Shown: one piece after another, positions 1-10,219 of the stretch | How positions within the stretch are numbered: position 1 is the first letter of the stretch | How the letters are laid out: every line of letters begins with the position of its first letter | Origin: Candidatus Falkowbacteria bacterium | GTDB lineage: Bacteria; Patescibacteriota; Patescibacteriia; CAIXNZ01 | Length of the DNA stretch: 64,000 nt | Direction: 5' to 3' | NCBI GenBank assembly: GCA_963774955.1 | Contig: CAVZGV010000003.1 | Coordinates: forward strand, 64,771 to 128,770 | Position numbers and translations under genes: made by a program | The notes under the pieces: generated by a model | Told to the model about the DNA's origin: nothing | What the model saw: the letters and a program-made list of their open reading frames with translations, nothing else | The model's database searches: none

Positions 1-118
1 GAATCAAGTTTTTTCGGCTTATATTCAGGGTAAGGTCAGTGAGGCTGCTTTAGCTGGTGAATTTGAGGAAAAAATCAGCCTCGATTTCAATGTAGCCATT
101 GATTTTGCCTATGAACTG

Positions 119-1381
119 GTGGAACAAGTGGTTCCTTTGTTGCCTGAAGATATTCAGTCAAAGCTTTTTCCTGAGTTAGCAGTAACCAAGGGGATTGATC
201 TGGCTGCGATGATTGAAAATTTGAAAAAAGAAGCCGGGATTAGTGTACCTAAAAATATGGAAGCCCGGCTGGTAGAATTGATTTATACTTGGTTTCGTGG
301 GATTCGCGATGATTGGGAGACGCTTGACCGGCTGACTTTGAGTTCCAAAATCGGGGGGTTAGGTTTGCCTTATGACCAAGCCCAGCAATTATTGTCCAGT
401 TTGAATAAAATAAAAAAAGTTGATAATGGAGAAATCCTGACGGCAATTAATAAAGAAATGGCCAGAAAATCAGCTGAGCCGGCTCTGCTGGAAGAATCGG
501 AAATTGATGTGGCGGCCAAACCCAAACCGAAAATTGAATTGGAAAAAATAACAGGACAGGAAGCAACTATCGAACAGCTTCTGGCGGATAAAGGCTTAGG
601 TTATAATGACCTGATAAAAAAAGCTTATGAAAGCCAGGCAGAACCACCGTTAGGTCACGAACCGAGCCATCTGCCGGACACTGAAGTGCCCAATTCGTTA
701 GTGGCAGAAATAAAAGAAGAAGAGGCGTTTTTAGACTCCCACGAAGAATTACCTGCGCCCAAAGAATTGCCTGTAATAAACCAAGAGTTTAAACCGCTCG
801 AACAAAAAGTTGAGTTGCCGACACCGGCCCAGGATATTTTAGAAGAATTGGGTTTGCCTCAGCCTGAACCACTCTGGAAAAAAACTCAAGCAGCTCCGGT
901 TACCCCAGAATCAGTGAAGTCAGATCCCGTACAGGCTTCTCAGTCAGCACCCGTGACGGCCTATCAGTCAGAACCAGCGCCGTCCTATCAGTCAGAACCT
1001 AAACCGCTTTATCGAAAGCCGGAAGTAAATGAAAGGCCGCGACTGGAAGATGTCAAAGGCTTTGCGACCAAATTATACGGGCCGATTGATGAATTGGGAT
1101 CCTTAAGTTTAATTGATTTTCGCCGTTTATCCAAAGATCCGCAAAAAGCCGTAGAAATTATCAGACAAAAATTGGAGGTTCTGGAAAACGATTCTTTGGA
1201 AAAAAGAGCAGCCGGCATCAAAGCTTTAAAGAACAGCCCTTTGTATAAAATTTATGCAGATATTATGAATCAGGCTTTTATGAATAATCAGTCTTATGAC
1301 AAGATTATTGCCCAAAGAGGGGATATTACTCCGGTTGAATATAAGGCGATTATGGATTTGAATAAAGGTTTGAAATATTAA
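119..1381 (+). CDS. Hypothetical protein with Pro/Glu-rich central linker; probably starts upstream of the window edge
   Basis: 420-aa ORF; frame appears open back to the window start; co-oriented with the downstream PrgI/VirB4 cluster. Confidence 0.7.
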   Translation: MEQVVPLLPEDIQSKLFPELAVTKGIDLAAMIENLKKEAGISVPKNMEARLVELIYTWFRGIRDDWETLDRLTLSSKIGGLGLPYDQAQQLLSSLNKIKKVDNGEILTAINKEMARKSAEPALLEESEIDVAAKPKPKIELEKITGQEATIEQLLADKGLGYNDLIKKAYESQAEPPLGHEPSHLPDTEVPNSLVAEIKEEEAFLDSHEELPAPKELPVINQEFKPLEQKVELPTPAQDILEELGLPQPEPLWKKTQAAPVTPESVKSDPVQASQSAPVTAYQSEPAPSYQSEPKPLYRKPEVNERPRLEDVKGFATKLYGPIDELGSLSLIDFRRLSKDPQKAVEIIRQKLEVLENDSLEKRAAGIKALKNSPLYKIYADIMNQAFMNNQSYDKIIAQRGDITPVEYKAIMDLNKGLKY

Positions 1382-1448
1382 AAAAGTTAATCGATTTTCG
1401 TATAACGAAACGCAAGTCGAGACTGTTTAACGTAAAACGAATAAAACC

Positions 1449-1874
1449 ATGCCACTAACAGGACCGTTTTTAGTCCCACAATTTATTGACGTCGAAAGCA
1501 AAATCTTCGGGCCGATTACCACGAGGCAGTTTTTGATAATGATGGTGGCAGCGATGTTGGATTTTTTATTCTATAAGATGCTTTATGCCAATACTGCCAT
1601 AATCGTAATCGTTATTAATACCGGTCTATTTATGATAGTTGCTTTTTTAAAGATTAACGGCATGCCCTTCCATATTTTCTTTGTAAATCTGATGCAGACT
1701 TTATTGCGTTCCAGCGTAAGAATTTGGAGGCGGGTGGAAGTCACTGCTTTACCACCGGTGGAGAAAGAAGATGTTAAAAAAGAATTTGTCCCCAAAACTG
1801 CAATTCCAGAATCCAGACTTTCTTCTCTTTCCCTGACAATTAATACCGGCGGCGCTTATAAGGAAGAGGATTAG
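1449..1874 (+). CDS. PrgI-family membrane protein (VirB3-like T4SS component)
   Basis: VPQFIDVESKIFGPITTRQF motif typical of PrgI, two TM helices, upstream of a VirB4 ATPase. Confidence 0.85.
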   Translation: MPLTGPFLVPQFIDVESKIFGPITTRQFLIMMVAAMLDFLFYKMLYANTAIIVIVINTGLFMIVAFLKINGMPFHIFFVNLMQTLLRSSVRIWRRVEVTALPPVEKEDVKKEFVPKTAIPESRLSSLSLTINTGGAYKEED

Positions 1875-1976
1875 CGACGTGTTTTATTTGCTTCCGAATA
1901 CCCCGCATTTTTACCAGACTAGCTTTTTCACCCAGCCACCTTTTACCAATTAAATTATATATTCATATTTATTTTT

Positions 1977-2630
1977 ATGGCTTTTGCTTCCACTCAAAAA
2001 TATTTGCATATTTCCGAATTTCGTAACGACATGGTCATTCTTAAAGACGGTACTTTGAGAATGGTTATTATGTGTTCCAGTGTTAATTTTGCGCTTAAAG
2101 GTGAAGATGAACAAAGCGCTTTGATCGCCGGCTACATGGAATTTTTAAATTCCATGGATTATCCTATCCAGATTGTGATCCAGTCCAGAAAATTAGACAT
2201 TGAAGGCTATATGCGTCGTCTGCAGGAGGCGCAAAAGGCTCAAACCAATGAGTTATTGAAGACACAAATTGACGGCTATCGCGGTTATATCAATCAATTA
2301 ATTGAAATGCAGGAAATAATGACCAAGAAATTTTTTATTGTTATACCATTTAATCCGCTTGGTTCTAAAAATAAGAGTTTTTTTGCCAGGTTAAAGGAGT
2401 CTTTATTCCCGGTCCATCTTATTCGTTTACGGAAAGAAAAATTAGCTGAATACAAGGATGAAATAATGCTTAGAGCTGATAACGTGATGTCTAATTTGAG
2501 ATCAATGGGGCTTGAAGCCGTGGTCTTGGATACTCAGAGCTTAATTGAGCTTTATTATAATGTATATAATCCCAAAACCAGCCAGAATGAGAGATTAAAA
2601 GATGTCAGCCAGATGGGCTTGGAAGCTTAA
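1977..2630 (+). CDS. VirB4-associated conjugation/T4SS-like protein (TraE/TraC N-terminal-like)
   Basis: STQKYL..SSVNFALKGEDEQ..FLNS..PIQIVIQSRKLD pattern; lies between PrgI and VirB4. Confidence 0.7.
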   Translation: MAFASTQKYLHISEFRNDMVILKDGTLRMVIMCSSVNFALKGEDEQSALIAGYMEFLNSMDYPIQIVIQSRKLDIEGYMRRLQEAQKAQTNELLKTQIDGYRGYINQLIEMQEIMTKKFFIVIPFNPLGSKNKSFFARLKESLFPVHLIRLRKEKLAEYKDEIMLRADNVMSNLRSMGLEAVVLDTQSLIELYYNVYNPKTSQNERLKDVSQMGLEA

Positions 2631-2654
2631 ATATTATTTTGAATTTATTATCTT

Positions 2655-4590
2655 ATGCCATTAGAAATTAATCAACAAACCCAAGGCCCTCAGCCAAAAC
2701 AGCCTAAAGTGACTGCGGCGCAAATGAAAGCCCAGGAATCATCAGCGGCCAAAGGCGAGGCCATTACCTTGGAAGAAGAAAAAATTTATCGCCACGGTGT
2801 GATGGATATCAAGGATTTGATTTCCCCGGCTGCTTTTGAAGTTAAGCCGACTTATTTAATTTTAGGGGATATTTATTGTCCGAACATTTTTTGTTTTGAA
2901 TTATCCTCGCTATATTAATATTGGTTGGTTTACTCCGATTGTTAATTTGAGTAAGACCCTGGATGTGGCGATGTTTTTTTATCCGGTTAAATCAGATATG
3001 ATTTTAAAGCAACTAAAAAAAAGAGTCGGTAATATGGAAGCCCAGCTGATGTCTGATATTGAAAAAGGCGCGCCACGTGATCCGATTTTGGAAACCGGTT
3101 TGCGAGACATTGAAAAATTAAGAGATGATTTGACCCAGGGCATTGAGCAATTTTTTCAATTTGCTCTTTATATCACCATTTATGCCAAAAATATGGAGGA
3201 ACTGGAACAATTCAGCTTCGGAAATTGAATCAATATTTGGCGGTAAATTGATTTATAGTAAAAAAGTTTTTTATCAGGCGGAACAGGGCTTTAATTCTAC
3301 TATTGCCCATGGCCAATGATGAACTGATGATTTCTTTTAATATGAATACTTCGCCGGTGCGCCTCTTCTTTTCCGTTTATTTCTTCAGAATTGACCTCTG
3401 ACAACGGAATTTTATACGGGATTAATCGTCATAATAATAGTTTGATTTTTTTTGACAGATTTTCTTTGCAAAATGCCAATACGGTGGTTTTTGCCACTTC
3501 CGGTGCCGGTAAAAGTTATGCTATTAAATTGGAAGTTTTGCGTAGTTTAATGTTGGGCACTGATGTAATTATTATTGATCCGGAAAGGGAATATAAGCAT
3601 TTGTCTGAAGCTGTCGGCGGAACTTATATTGATATTTCTTTATCTTCAAAAAATAAAATTAATCCTTTTGATTTGCCTCGAGCCATTGGCGATGCCACCA
3701 CCGAAGATATTATCAGAAGCGCGGTTATTACTTTAAAAGGTTTATTGACGTTAATGCTGGGTAAACTGACAATTGAAGAAGATTCAATTTTGGATCGCGC
3801 CTTAATGGAAACTTATGCCAGTAAAGATATTACTCCCCAGTCTGATTTGGCTAAGATTGAAGCGCCGATTATGCAGGATTTGCAGAATATTTTAGACGGC
3901 ATGGAAGGCGCAAGCAATTTAAGCTTGAGGTTGAAAAAATATACCGAAGGTACTTTTTCCGGTTTATTTAACTCAGCCGACCAATGTGGATATGAAAAAT
4001 CAGTTGGTTGTTTTTTCGTCCGAGATTTGGAAGATGAATTACGGCCAATTGCTATTTACAGTATTATTAATTATATCTGGAATGTGGTTCGTTCAGAGAT
4101 TAAAAAAAGAATTTTGGTTATTGATGAAGCCTGGTGGCTGATGACTAGTGAGGATTCGGCTAAATTTATTTATGCTCTGGTTAAACGTTGTCGTAAATAT
4201 TATCTGGGCGTAACCACCATTACTCAGGATGTTAATGATTTTTTAAATAATCCTTATGGCAAGGCAATTGTGACTAATTCTTCATTGCAATTGCTTTTGA
4301 AACAATCTCCGGCTTCAATTGAAAATATCGTTAAAATATTTATGTTGACTGAGGGTGAAAAATATTTGCTTTTGGAATGCGGAGTCGGTGAAGGTATTTT
4401 TTTTGCCGGCCAGAAACATGCCGCTATTAAAATTGTGGCTTCTTATACTGAAGATCAGCTAATTACCAGTGATCCGCATCAACTTTTGGAAATTGAAGCG
4501 TCTAAACGAGAATTTGAACAGAAAAATGCAGCTGGGGAAGAAGCAGGTCAGGCTCCAAAGCGGGAAGGTGTTGAGGAAATAGCAATTTAA
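2655..4590 (+). CDS. virB4: VirB4/TraC-like P-loop ATPase, split by several single-base indels
   Basis: Walker A ATSGAGKS, IIDPEREY, Walker B LVIDEAW, ITQD; ORF pieces 2655-2918, 2896-3228, 3391-4590 join by frameshifts. Confidence 0.85.
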
Positions 4591-4623
4591 AATTATAACA
4601 GCTAATTACTAATTTTTTAATAT

Positions 4624-5280
4624 ATGGCATTGGCTCAAAATCAGGTCACCTCAAGGAAGAAAAGATCATTACTCTGGATCTTGTTGATTTTATTGTTATT
4701 AATTGCGGCTATTTTGATTTATTTGTATTTATTTTATTTTAAACCAAAACCAGTGACTGAAAATATCAATATTAATCAGAATACCAATCAGACAATTTCA
4801 CCGACTGCGCCGGCAACAACGACTTTCAATAATACAAATGCCAGCGTGTTAACGGATATTCAGGCAGCTACCGGCGGCAATCAGTCCGGTAATCAAAATG
4901 AACAGAATAATGCAATTTTAATAGCCACAGCTTTTACCGAAAGATTTGGCAGTTATTCCAATCAAAGCGATTATCGTAATTTCCAAGAGTTAGATCAGTT
5001 TATGACTGAGACGGTTAAAAAATGGGTCAGTCAGTATATCGAAGGCTTGAAAAAAGATCATGCTGATACCAATGTCTATTATGCTATTGAAACCAAGGCA
5101 ATTTCCACTCAGGTTAACAGTTTTGATGAGACAGCGGGTTTTGCTCAGATCTTAATCAGAACTCAGCGTCAGGAATTTAATAATACGATTACCAATCCCC
5201 AAATAATTTATCAGGATATGCTGTTAGAACTTATTAAAGATAATAATCAATGGAAAGTCAGGGGTGCTTATTGGCAATAA
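4624..5280 (+). CDS. Single-pass membrane protein with extracytoplasmic domain (possibly TcpC/VirB8-like)
   Basis: N-terminal TM, N/T/Q-rich linker, C-terminal domain ending ..QWKV..; follows virB4; fold assignment is inference. Confidence 0.55.
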   Translation: MALAQNQVTSRKKRSLLWILLILLLLIAAILIYLYLFYFKPKPVTENININQNTNQTISPTAPATTTFNNTNASVLTDIQAATGGNQSGNQNEQNNAILIATAFTERFGSYSNQSDYRNFQELDQFMTETVKKWVSQYIEGLKKDHADTNVYYAIETKAISTQVNSFDETAGFAQILIRTQRQEFNNTITNPQIIYQDMLLELIKDNNQWKVRGAYWQ

Positions 5281-5317
5281 AAATAGACAGTGGTAATTAG
5301 TAAATGGTAATTGGTAC

Positions 5318-6052
5318 ATGGAAAATTTTATATTCATTTTAAACAAATTTAAAGATTTTTTTTTAAATTTAATTTTCCCGCAGGCATGCTTTGGTTGTCA
5401 GCAGGAGGGAAGTTATTTATGTTTAAAATGTTTAAATCAGATCGAATTAAATCGGGAATTTTATTGCGCGCTTTGCAAGCAAAAAAGCGACCTTGGCCTG
5501 ATTTGTCGTAATTGCAGGCAGTCTAGTGATTTGCAAGCAATTTGGGTCGCGGCAGATTATAATAATAAAATTTTGCAAGACTTGATTCATGCTTTAAAAT
5601 ATAAATATATCGAAGGTATAAGTGAAGATTTGGCTATCATTGCAGTTAAATATTTGCAGCAAGCGGATATTTTCTGCCATTTCGGAATTAATCAAACAAA
5701 TACTATTATAATTCCGGTACCTTTACATAGAAAACGTTTTTTAGCCAGAGGATTTAATCAGAGTGAATTGATTGCTGATCAAATCGGTAAGATATTAAAA
5801 CTTGATAAAGTAGACTTGCTTAAGCGTATAAAAAACACCGAAACTCAGATTAATTTAAATCGTTTGAAACGTCAAGAAAATGTTAAGGAGGCTTTTAGGC
5901 TAAGTAATTTGAAATTTGATCCAACAAAAAAAGTCATCCTAATAGATGACGTGGTAACCACGGGAAGTACTTTAAAAGAATGCGTCAAAGTTTTATCAGC
6001 AGTCGGTTATACGGAAATTTACGCTTTGGTTATAGCTCAGCGCGAAGATTGA
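5318..6052 (+). CDS. comF: ComF family competence protein (double zinc ribbon + PRTase)
   Basis: CxxC x4, PVPLH..RGFNQS, LIDDVVTTGST. Confidence 0.92.
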   Translation: MENFIFILNKFKDFFLNLIFPQACFGCQQEGSYLCLKCLNQIELNREFYCALCKQKSDLGLICRNCRQSSDLQAIWVAADYNNKILQDLIHALKYKYIEGISEDLAIIAVKYLQQADIFCHFGINQTNTIIIPVPLHRKRFLARGFNQSELIADQIGKILKLDKVDLLKRIKNTETQINLNRLKRQENVKEAFRLSNLKFDPTKKVILIDDVVTTGSTLKECVKVLSAVGYTEIYALVIAQRED

Positions 6053-6061
6053 TTATTTGGA

Positions 6062-6114
6062 CGGAGAGGGTGAGATTTGTTCCGCAAAGCGGAATCCCGC
6101 TTTGCGGGAAACCC
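6062..6114 (-). repeat. Duplicated 3' end of tRNA-Ser(TGA) with a 30-bp double hairpin (6080-6109) inserted in the T-loop
   Basis: + strand CGGAGAGGGTGAGATTTG[TTCCGCAAAGCGGAATCCCGCTTTGCGGGA]AACCC versus tRNA CGGAGAGGGTGGGATTTGAACCC. Confidence 0.8.
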
Positions 6115-6129
6115 TACGTTCGTGTTATT

Positions 6130-6216
6130 CGGAGAGGGTGGGATTTGAACCCACGGTCCCGTAAACGGGACTCCGGTTTTCAAGACCGGTACATTCAACC
6201 GCTCTGCCACCTCTCC
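6130..6216 (-). tRNA. tRNA-Ser(TGA)
   Basis: GGAGAGG acceptor, CCGGT-CT-TGA-AA-ACCGG anticodon arm, long variable arm, GTTCAAATC T-loop; no encoded CCA. Confidence 0.95.
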
Positions 6217-6231
6217 ATAATAGGGACTTCC

Positions 6232-6327
6232 TGGCGGAGAGGGGGAGATTCGAACTCCCGCGCCGACTAAAAACGCCGACCTACAGGTTTAGCAAACCCG
6301 CCCCTTCAGCCTCTTGGGTACCTCTCC
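6232..6327 (-). tRNA. tRNA-Ser(GCT)
   Basis: GGAGAGG acceptor, TT-GCT-AA anticodon loop, long variable arm, GTTCGAATC, encoded CCA. Confidence 0.95.
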
Positions 6328-6408
6328 AAAAGCCCTATTATGTCTAATATTTTATCTTAATTTAAAGAAAAAGTCAAACTTAGTACTTAATATTAACAAA
6401 TTAAATAT

Positions 6409-6918
6409 ATGCAGCAAACTCAAGATTCAAACCTAAAAAAAGGTGAATTTGGACGAATATTTTTCGAATGGCAGATTCCTGAATATACAATGCATGAAAG
6501 AAGTAATGCCTGGTATATTGTTATGGCGATTATTGGCATTGGGCTGGTAATTTATAGTATTTTTACGGCAAATTTTCTTTTTGCCTTGATTATTATTTTG
6601 GCTACCTTTGTTGTCTATTTACGGGTATATTATACTCCCAAGGACTTGTTTTTCCAGATTACTGAAGATGGCATCGTCATAGGCAATCAGTTTATTGGCT
6701 ATGAAACACTGCAAAATTTTTATATCATCTATTATCCCCCGGCGATTAAAAAGCTTTTTTTCAGACGTAAGGGAATAAATTTGACCGACATTTCAGTTCC
6801 TTTGGATAAAATAAATCCTGTTCTACTCAGAAAACAACTGCTGATTTATCTGAATGAAGATTTGGACAAAGAGCATCAAAGCGCAGCTGATTTGATTGAG
6901 ATGCTGTTTAAATTGTAA
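6409..6918 (+). CDS. Conserved hypothetical membrane protein (2 TM + soluble domain)
   Basis: FEW..PEY..HERS..WY then two TM segments. Confidence 0.75.
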   Translation: MQQTQDSNLKKGEFGRIFFEWQIPEYTMHERSNAWYIVMAIIGIGLVIYSIFTANFLFALIIILATFVVYLRVYYTPKDLFFQITEDGIVIGNQFIGYETLQNFYIIYYPPAIKKLFFRRKGINLTDISVPLDKINPVLLRKQLLIYLNEDLDKEHQSAADLIEMLFKL

Positions 6919-7067
6919 AAAATAGTATTATAGGCTATAATAATTGGGGAGATGTTATGTCTCCCTTTTATATTCGTTTTACGTTATTCGGTATCGGTTA
7001 ACGTTACGTTAATCGTCAACCGTTAGACGAAACGCATGTCGATACCGAATAACGAACAACCGATTTA

Positions 7068-7139
7068 GTCCTCGTAGTTCAACGGATAGAACACAAGATT
7101 GCGGATCTTGTGATCCAGGTTCGATTCCTGGCGAGGGCA
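7068..7139 (+). tRNA. tRNA-Arg(GCG)
   Basis: GTCCTCG acceptor, CAAGA-TT-GCG-GA-TCTTG anticodon arm, GGTTCGATTCC T arm. Confidence 0.93.
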
Positions 7140-7144
7140 TACGT

Positions 7145-7196
7145 GGTTCTCCGCCGAAGGCGGATCCGCCTCTGGCGGAGATTCCTGGTGAGGGCA
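7145..7196 (+). repeat. Duplicated 3' end of tRNA-Arg with a 30-bp double hairpin (7150-7179) inserted in the T-loop
   Basis: GGTTC[TCCGCCGAAGGCGGATCCGCCTCTGGCGGA]GATTCCTGGTGAGGGCA versus tRNA GGTTCGATTCCTGGCGAGGGCA. Confidence 0.85.
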
Positions 7197-7301
7197 TAAA
7201 TAAGTTTAAAGTTTAAAGTCAAAAGTTAAAAGTTTGGAAGATATATTTTAAAAAAATCCAAATACTGCTTCGCGGCATAACTTAGGAATAATAATTTCAA
7301 G

Positions 7302-9404
7302 ATGTATTCCTTAAGTGCTCCCATAGAAAATTTAACCCGGGTCGGTAAAACTACGGCCGGTCGTTTAAAAAGATTAGGCATTGCCACGGTCAATGACCTG
7401 CTTTTTTATTTTCCGTTCCGTTATGAGGATTTTAGTCAGGTGGTTAAAATAAATGATTTGCGGCCCAACCAGACAGTTACTATTAAAGGTAAGATTGTTT
7501 TGATTGAAAATAGGAGAGCCCATCGTCGCCGTATGACTATTACCGAGGCTTTGATTGAAGATGAAACCGGTTCAATTCAAGTTATCTGGTTTAATCAGCC
7601 TTTTTTAATAAAAAATTTAAAACCCGGTGATGAAGTTTTTATTGCCGGCACTACGGAGATAAATAATTTGTCCCTGCAGTTTACTTCACCGGCCTATGAA
7701 AAAATTACAGGCGGTGACAGCCTTAATACGGCTAAAATTGTACCGGTTTATCCCTTGACCAGCAATTTAACGCAAAAGCAATTGAGATTTTTAGTTAAAG
7801 TTGCTTTGGACTCGGTTAATCTGGTTAAAGAATGGCTGCCCAGGGAAATTTTGGATAAAAATAATTTAATGCCTTTGGCTCAAGCTTTGGCGGACATTCA
7901 TTTTCCGGCTAGTTTTGAGGTTCAGGCGCAGGCTCGTTATCGTTTTAAATTTGATGAGCTTTTTTTAATTGCCTTGCAAAGCCAGAGACTGCGTCAGTAT
8001 TTGGCTCAAACCAAAGCCCCGCAGATTGCGTTTAAAGAGCAGGAGATTAAAAATTTTGTCAGCAGTTTGCCTTTTACTTTGACCGCTGATCAGAAAAAAG
8101 CAGCCTGGCAAATCCTTTTAGATCTGGAAAAATCTCAGCCGGCCAACCGTTTGCTGGAAGGGGATGTCGGATCAGGCAAAACCGTGGTCGCAGCCATGGC
8201 CATTTTAAATACGGTTTTAAATGATTTTCAGGCGGTTTTAATGGCACCGACTGAAATTTTGGCCAGGCAACATTACAATGGAATCAAAACTTTATTAGCG
8301 CCGTTTAAAATTAAAACAGTTTTATTAACGAGCAGCGAAAAAGTATACTTTGACGGTCAGCAAGAAATTGTCGGGAAACATGAAGTTTTGAATTTGGTCA
8401 AAAACGGTAAGGCCCAATTAATAATCGGCACCCATGCTTTAATTCAGGATGAAGTTGAGTATAAGAATTTGGGTTTAGTCATTGTGGATGAGCAACATCG
8501 TTTCGGCGTGGAACAAAGGAAAACATTAAAAGATAAAAATAAAAACGGGTTGACACCTCATTTTATATCCATGACTGCTACGCCGATTCCCCGTTCGCTG
8601 GCTTTGATTTTATACGGCGATTTGGATTTATCCATGATTAAGGAAATGCCCAAGGGCCGTAAAAAAATTATTACCCGCCTGGTTGCTGAATCCGACCGGC
8701 AGCAGGCTTATCAGTTTATCAGGCAGGAAATTAATAACGGGCGTCAGGTTTTTGTCATTTGTCCCTTGATTGATCCTTCTGATAAATTGGGAGTCAAGTC
8801 AGTGACCGAAGAATTTAAAAAACTGGATAAGGAGATTTTTCCGGATCTCAAAATCGGTTTATTGCACGGCAAATTGAAAGGCAAGGAAAAAGAAGCAATT
8901 ATGGCCGACTTTAAAGCTAATGAAATTAAAATGCTGGTTTCCACTTCAGTGATTGAAGTCGGTATTGATATTCCCAATGCTACGATTATGATGATTGAAG
9001 GCGCGGATCGTTTCGGCCTGGCGCAATTACACCAGTTTCGCGGTCGGGTCGGCAGGGGAGAATACCAGTCTTATTGTTTCTTATTTGCGGAAAATTATCC
9101 CGCTAAACGGGATGCCGCTTCGCGGCATAATCCCAAGACTAGGGAAAGGCTGGAAGCCTTGGTTAAATCCAATGACGGTTTTGCTTTGGCTGAATATGAT
9201 CTTAAATTTCGCGGGCCTGGTGAGGTTTACGGCTCACGCCAATCTGGTTTGCCTGAATTACAGATTGCCAGTCTGACTGATTTGGAGTTGATTAATCTGA
9301 CCAAGGAACAGGCTAAGACTTTTTTTACTCAATATAAACTCGAAGATTTCCCTTGGCTTAAGGCTAAATTGGCTGAGAATAAACTGATTGATCATTTGGA
9401 ATAA
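7302..9404 (+). CDS. recG: ATP-dependent DNA helicase RecG
   Basis: GDVGSGKT, DEQH, MTATPIPR, QFRGRVGR, DLKFRGPGE, wedge domain. Confidence 0.97.
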   Translation: MYSLSAPIENLTRVGKTTAGRLKRLGIATVNDLLFYFPFRYEDFSQVVKINDLRPNQTVTIKGKIVLIENRRAHRRRMTITEALIEDETGSIQVIWFNQPFLIKNLKPGDEVFIAGTTEINNLSLQFTSPAYEKITGGDSLNTAKIVPVYPLTSNLTQKQLRFLVKVALDSVNLVKEWLPREILDKNNLMPLAQALADIHFPASFEVQAQARYRFKFDELFLIALQSQRLRQYLAQTKAPQIAFKEQEIKNFVSSLPFTLTADQKKAAWQILLDLEKSQPANRLLEGDVGSGKTVVAAMAILNTVLNDFQAVLMAPTEILARQHYNGIKTLLAPFKIKTVLLTSSEKVYFDGQQEIVGKHEVLNLVKNGKAQLIIGTHALIQDEVEYKNLGLVIVDEQHRFGVEQRKTLKDKNKNGLTPHFISMTATPIPRSLALILYGDLDLSMIKEMPKGRKKIITRLVAESDRQQAYQFIRQEINNGRQVFVICPLIDPSDKLGVKSVTEEFKKLDKEIFPDLKIGLLHGKLKGKEKEAIMADFKANEIKMLVSTSVIEVGIDIPNATIMMIEGADRFGLAQLHQFRGRVGRGEYQSYCFLFAENYPAKRDAASRHNPKTRERLEALVKSNDGFALAEYDLKFRGPGEVYGSRQSGLPELQIASLTDLELINLTKEQAKTFFTQYKLEDFPWLKAKLAENKLIDHLE
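9098..9127 (+). repeat. 30-bp double-hairpin element in frame within recG
   Basis: TCCCGCTAAACGGGATGCCGCTTCGCGGCA; near-identical to the reverse complement of 10504-10533. Confidence 0.8.
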
Positions 9405-9585
9405 GACCAGATAGTTTCTTAAATTTGTATAGATTTTATTGGGCGGATACCGAAAGCCACCGAAATCAGGCCGCGCATGACAAAGGCGGATAGATCTTGA
9501 CAATAGTTTTTAAATTTAATAGGATTAAAATATGATTCCGGATGGTCCGGAATCAATATAAATTCAATAAGGAGGGGGCACAGAC

Positions 9586-10038
9586 ATGTCAGGAAGCAGG
9601 GATCGCGCTGGAAAAAAAGCGGAAGTAGAAAATGAAAAGTCAGGTAAACCGGAAAAGCCATTGGCTAAAAAGGAGGTAGAAAAGTTTCGTTTTTTATTGC
9701 AACGTAGACTTACAGAAGCTCAAAAAGTCTACCGGCAGGAGATCGGTAACGTCAAGGGCGCTGATTACAGTGATCAGGCCAGCCAGGAATGCGATTTAAG
9801 CGAGCAAATAAGGGCCAAAGACAAAGCCCGTAAGGAAATCTTTGAAATCCAGGCGGCTTTAGAGCGCATGGATAAAGAAGAATTCGGCATTTGCGAGGAT
9901 TGCGACGAACAAATTCCCAGGAAACGCCTGGAGTCGAGTCCGACCGCCAAATTCTGCATTACCTGCAAGATCGCCAACGAGCTGGCGGAAAAAAGGCTGG
10001 GCTACGGTCGAACTACGATCGTAGAGAGTGAGATCTAA
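9586..10038 (+). CDS. dksA: DksA/TraR family C4 zinc-finger protein
   Basis: DYSDQA coiled-coil tip, CEDC..CITC; own TTGACA(9497)-17-TAGGAT promoter, AGGAGG SD, terminator ~10054-10091. Confidence 0.85.
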   Translation: MSGSRDRAGKKAEVENEKSGKPEKPLAKKEVEKFRFLLQRRLTEAQKVYRQEIGNVKGADYSDQASQECDLSEQIRAKDKARKEIFEIQAALERMDKEEFGICEDCDEQIPRKRLESSPTAKFCITCKIANELAEKRLGYGRTTIVESEI

Positions 10039-10219
10039 AAAAAAACAAGGAGGGGGCGGACGGGCAGTTACCAGCTGTCCGCTCTTTTTTTATGGTTACT
10101 AATCTAAGCGGGACGAATCAGCTACGAATCTACTAATGTAAAAAAATTTTTTTTAAGACGTGAGACGTAACACGCTTAACGATTCGAGCCTCGTAACCTA
10201 TTTACGTAAGACGCCTGCT

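Noticed and set aside
5980-7197. ORF-track entries 5980-6270 and 7009-7197
   Set aside because: They are antisense readings of tRNA genes and their duplicated ends.
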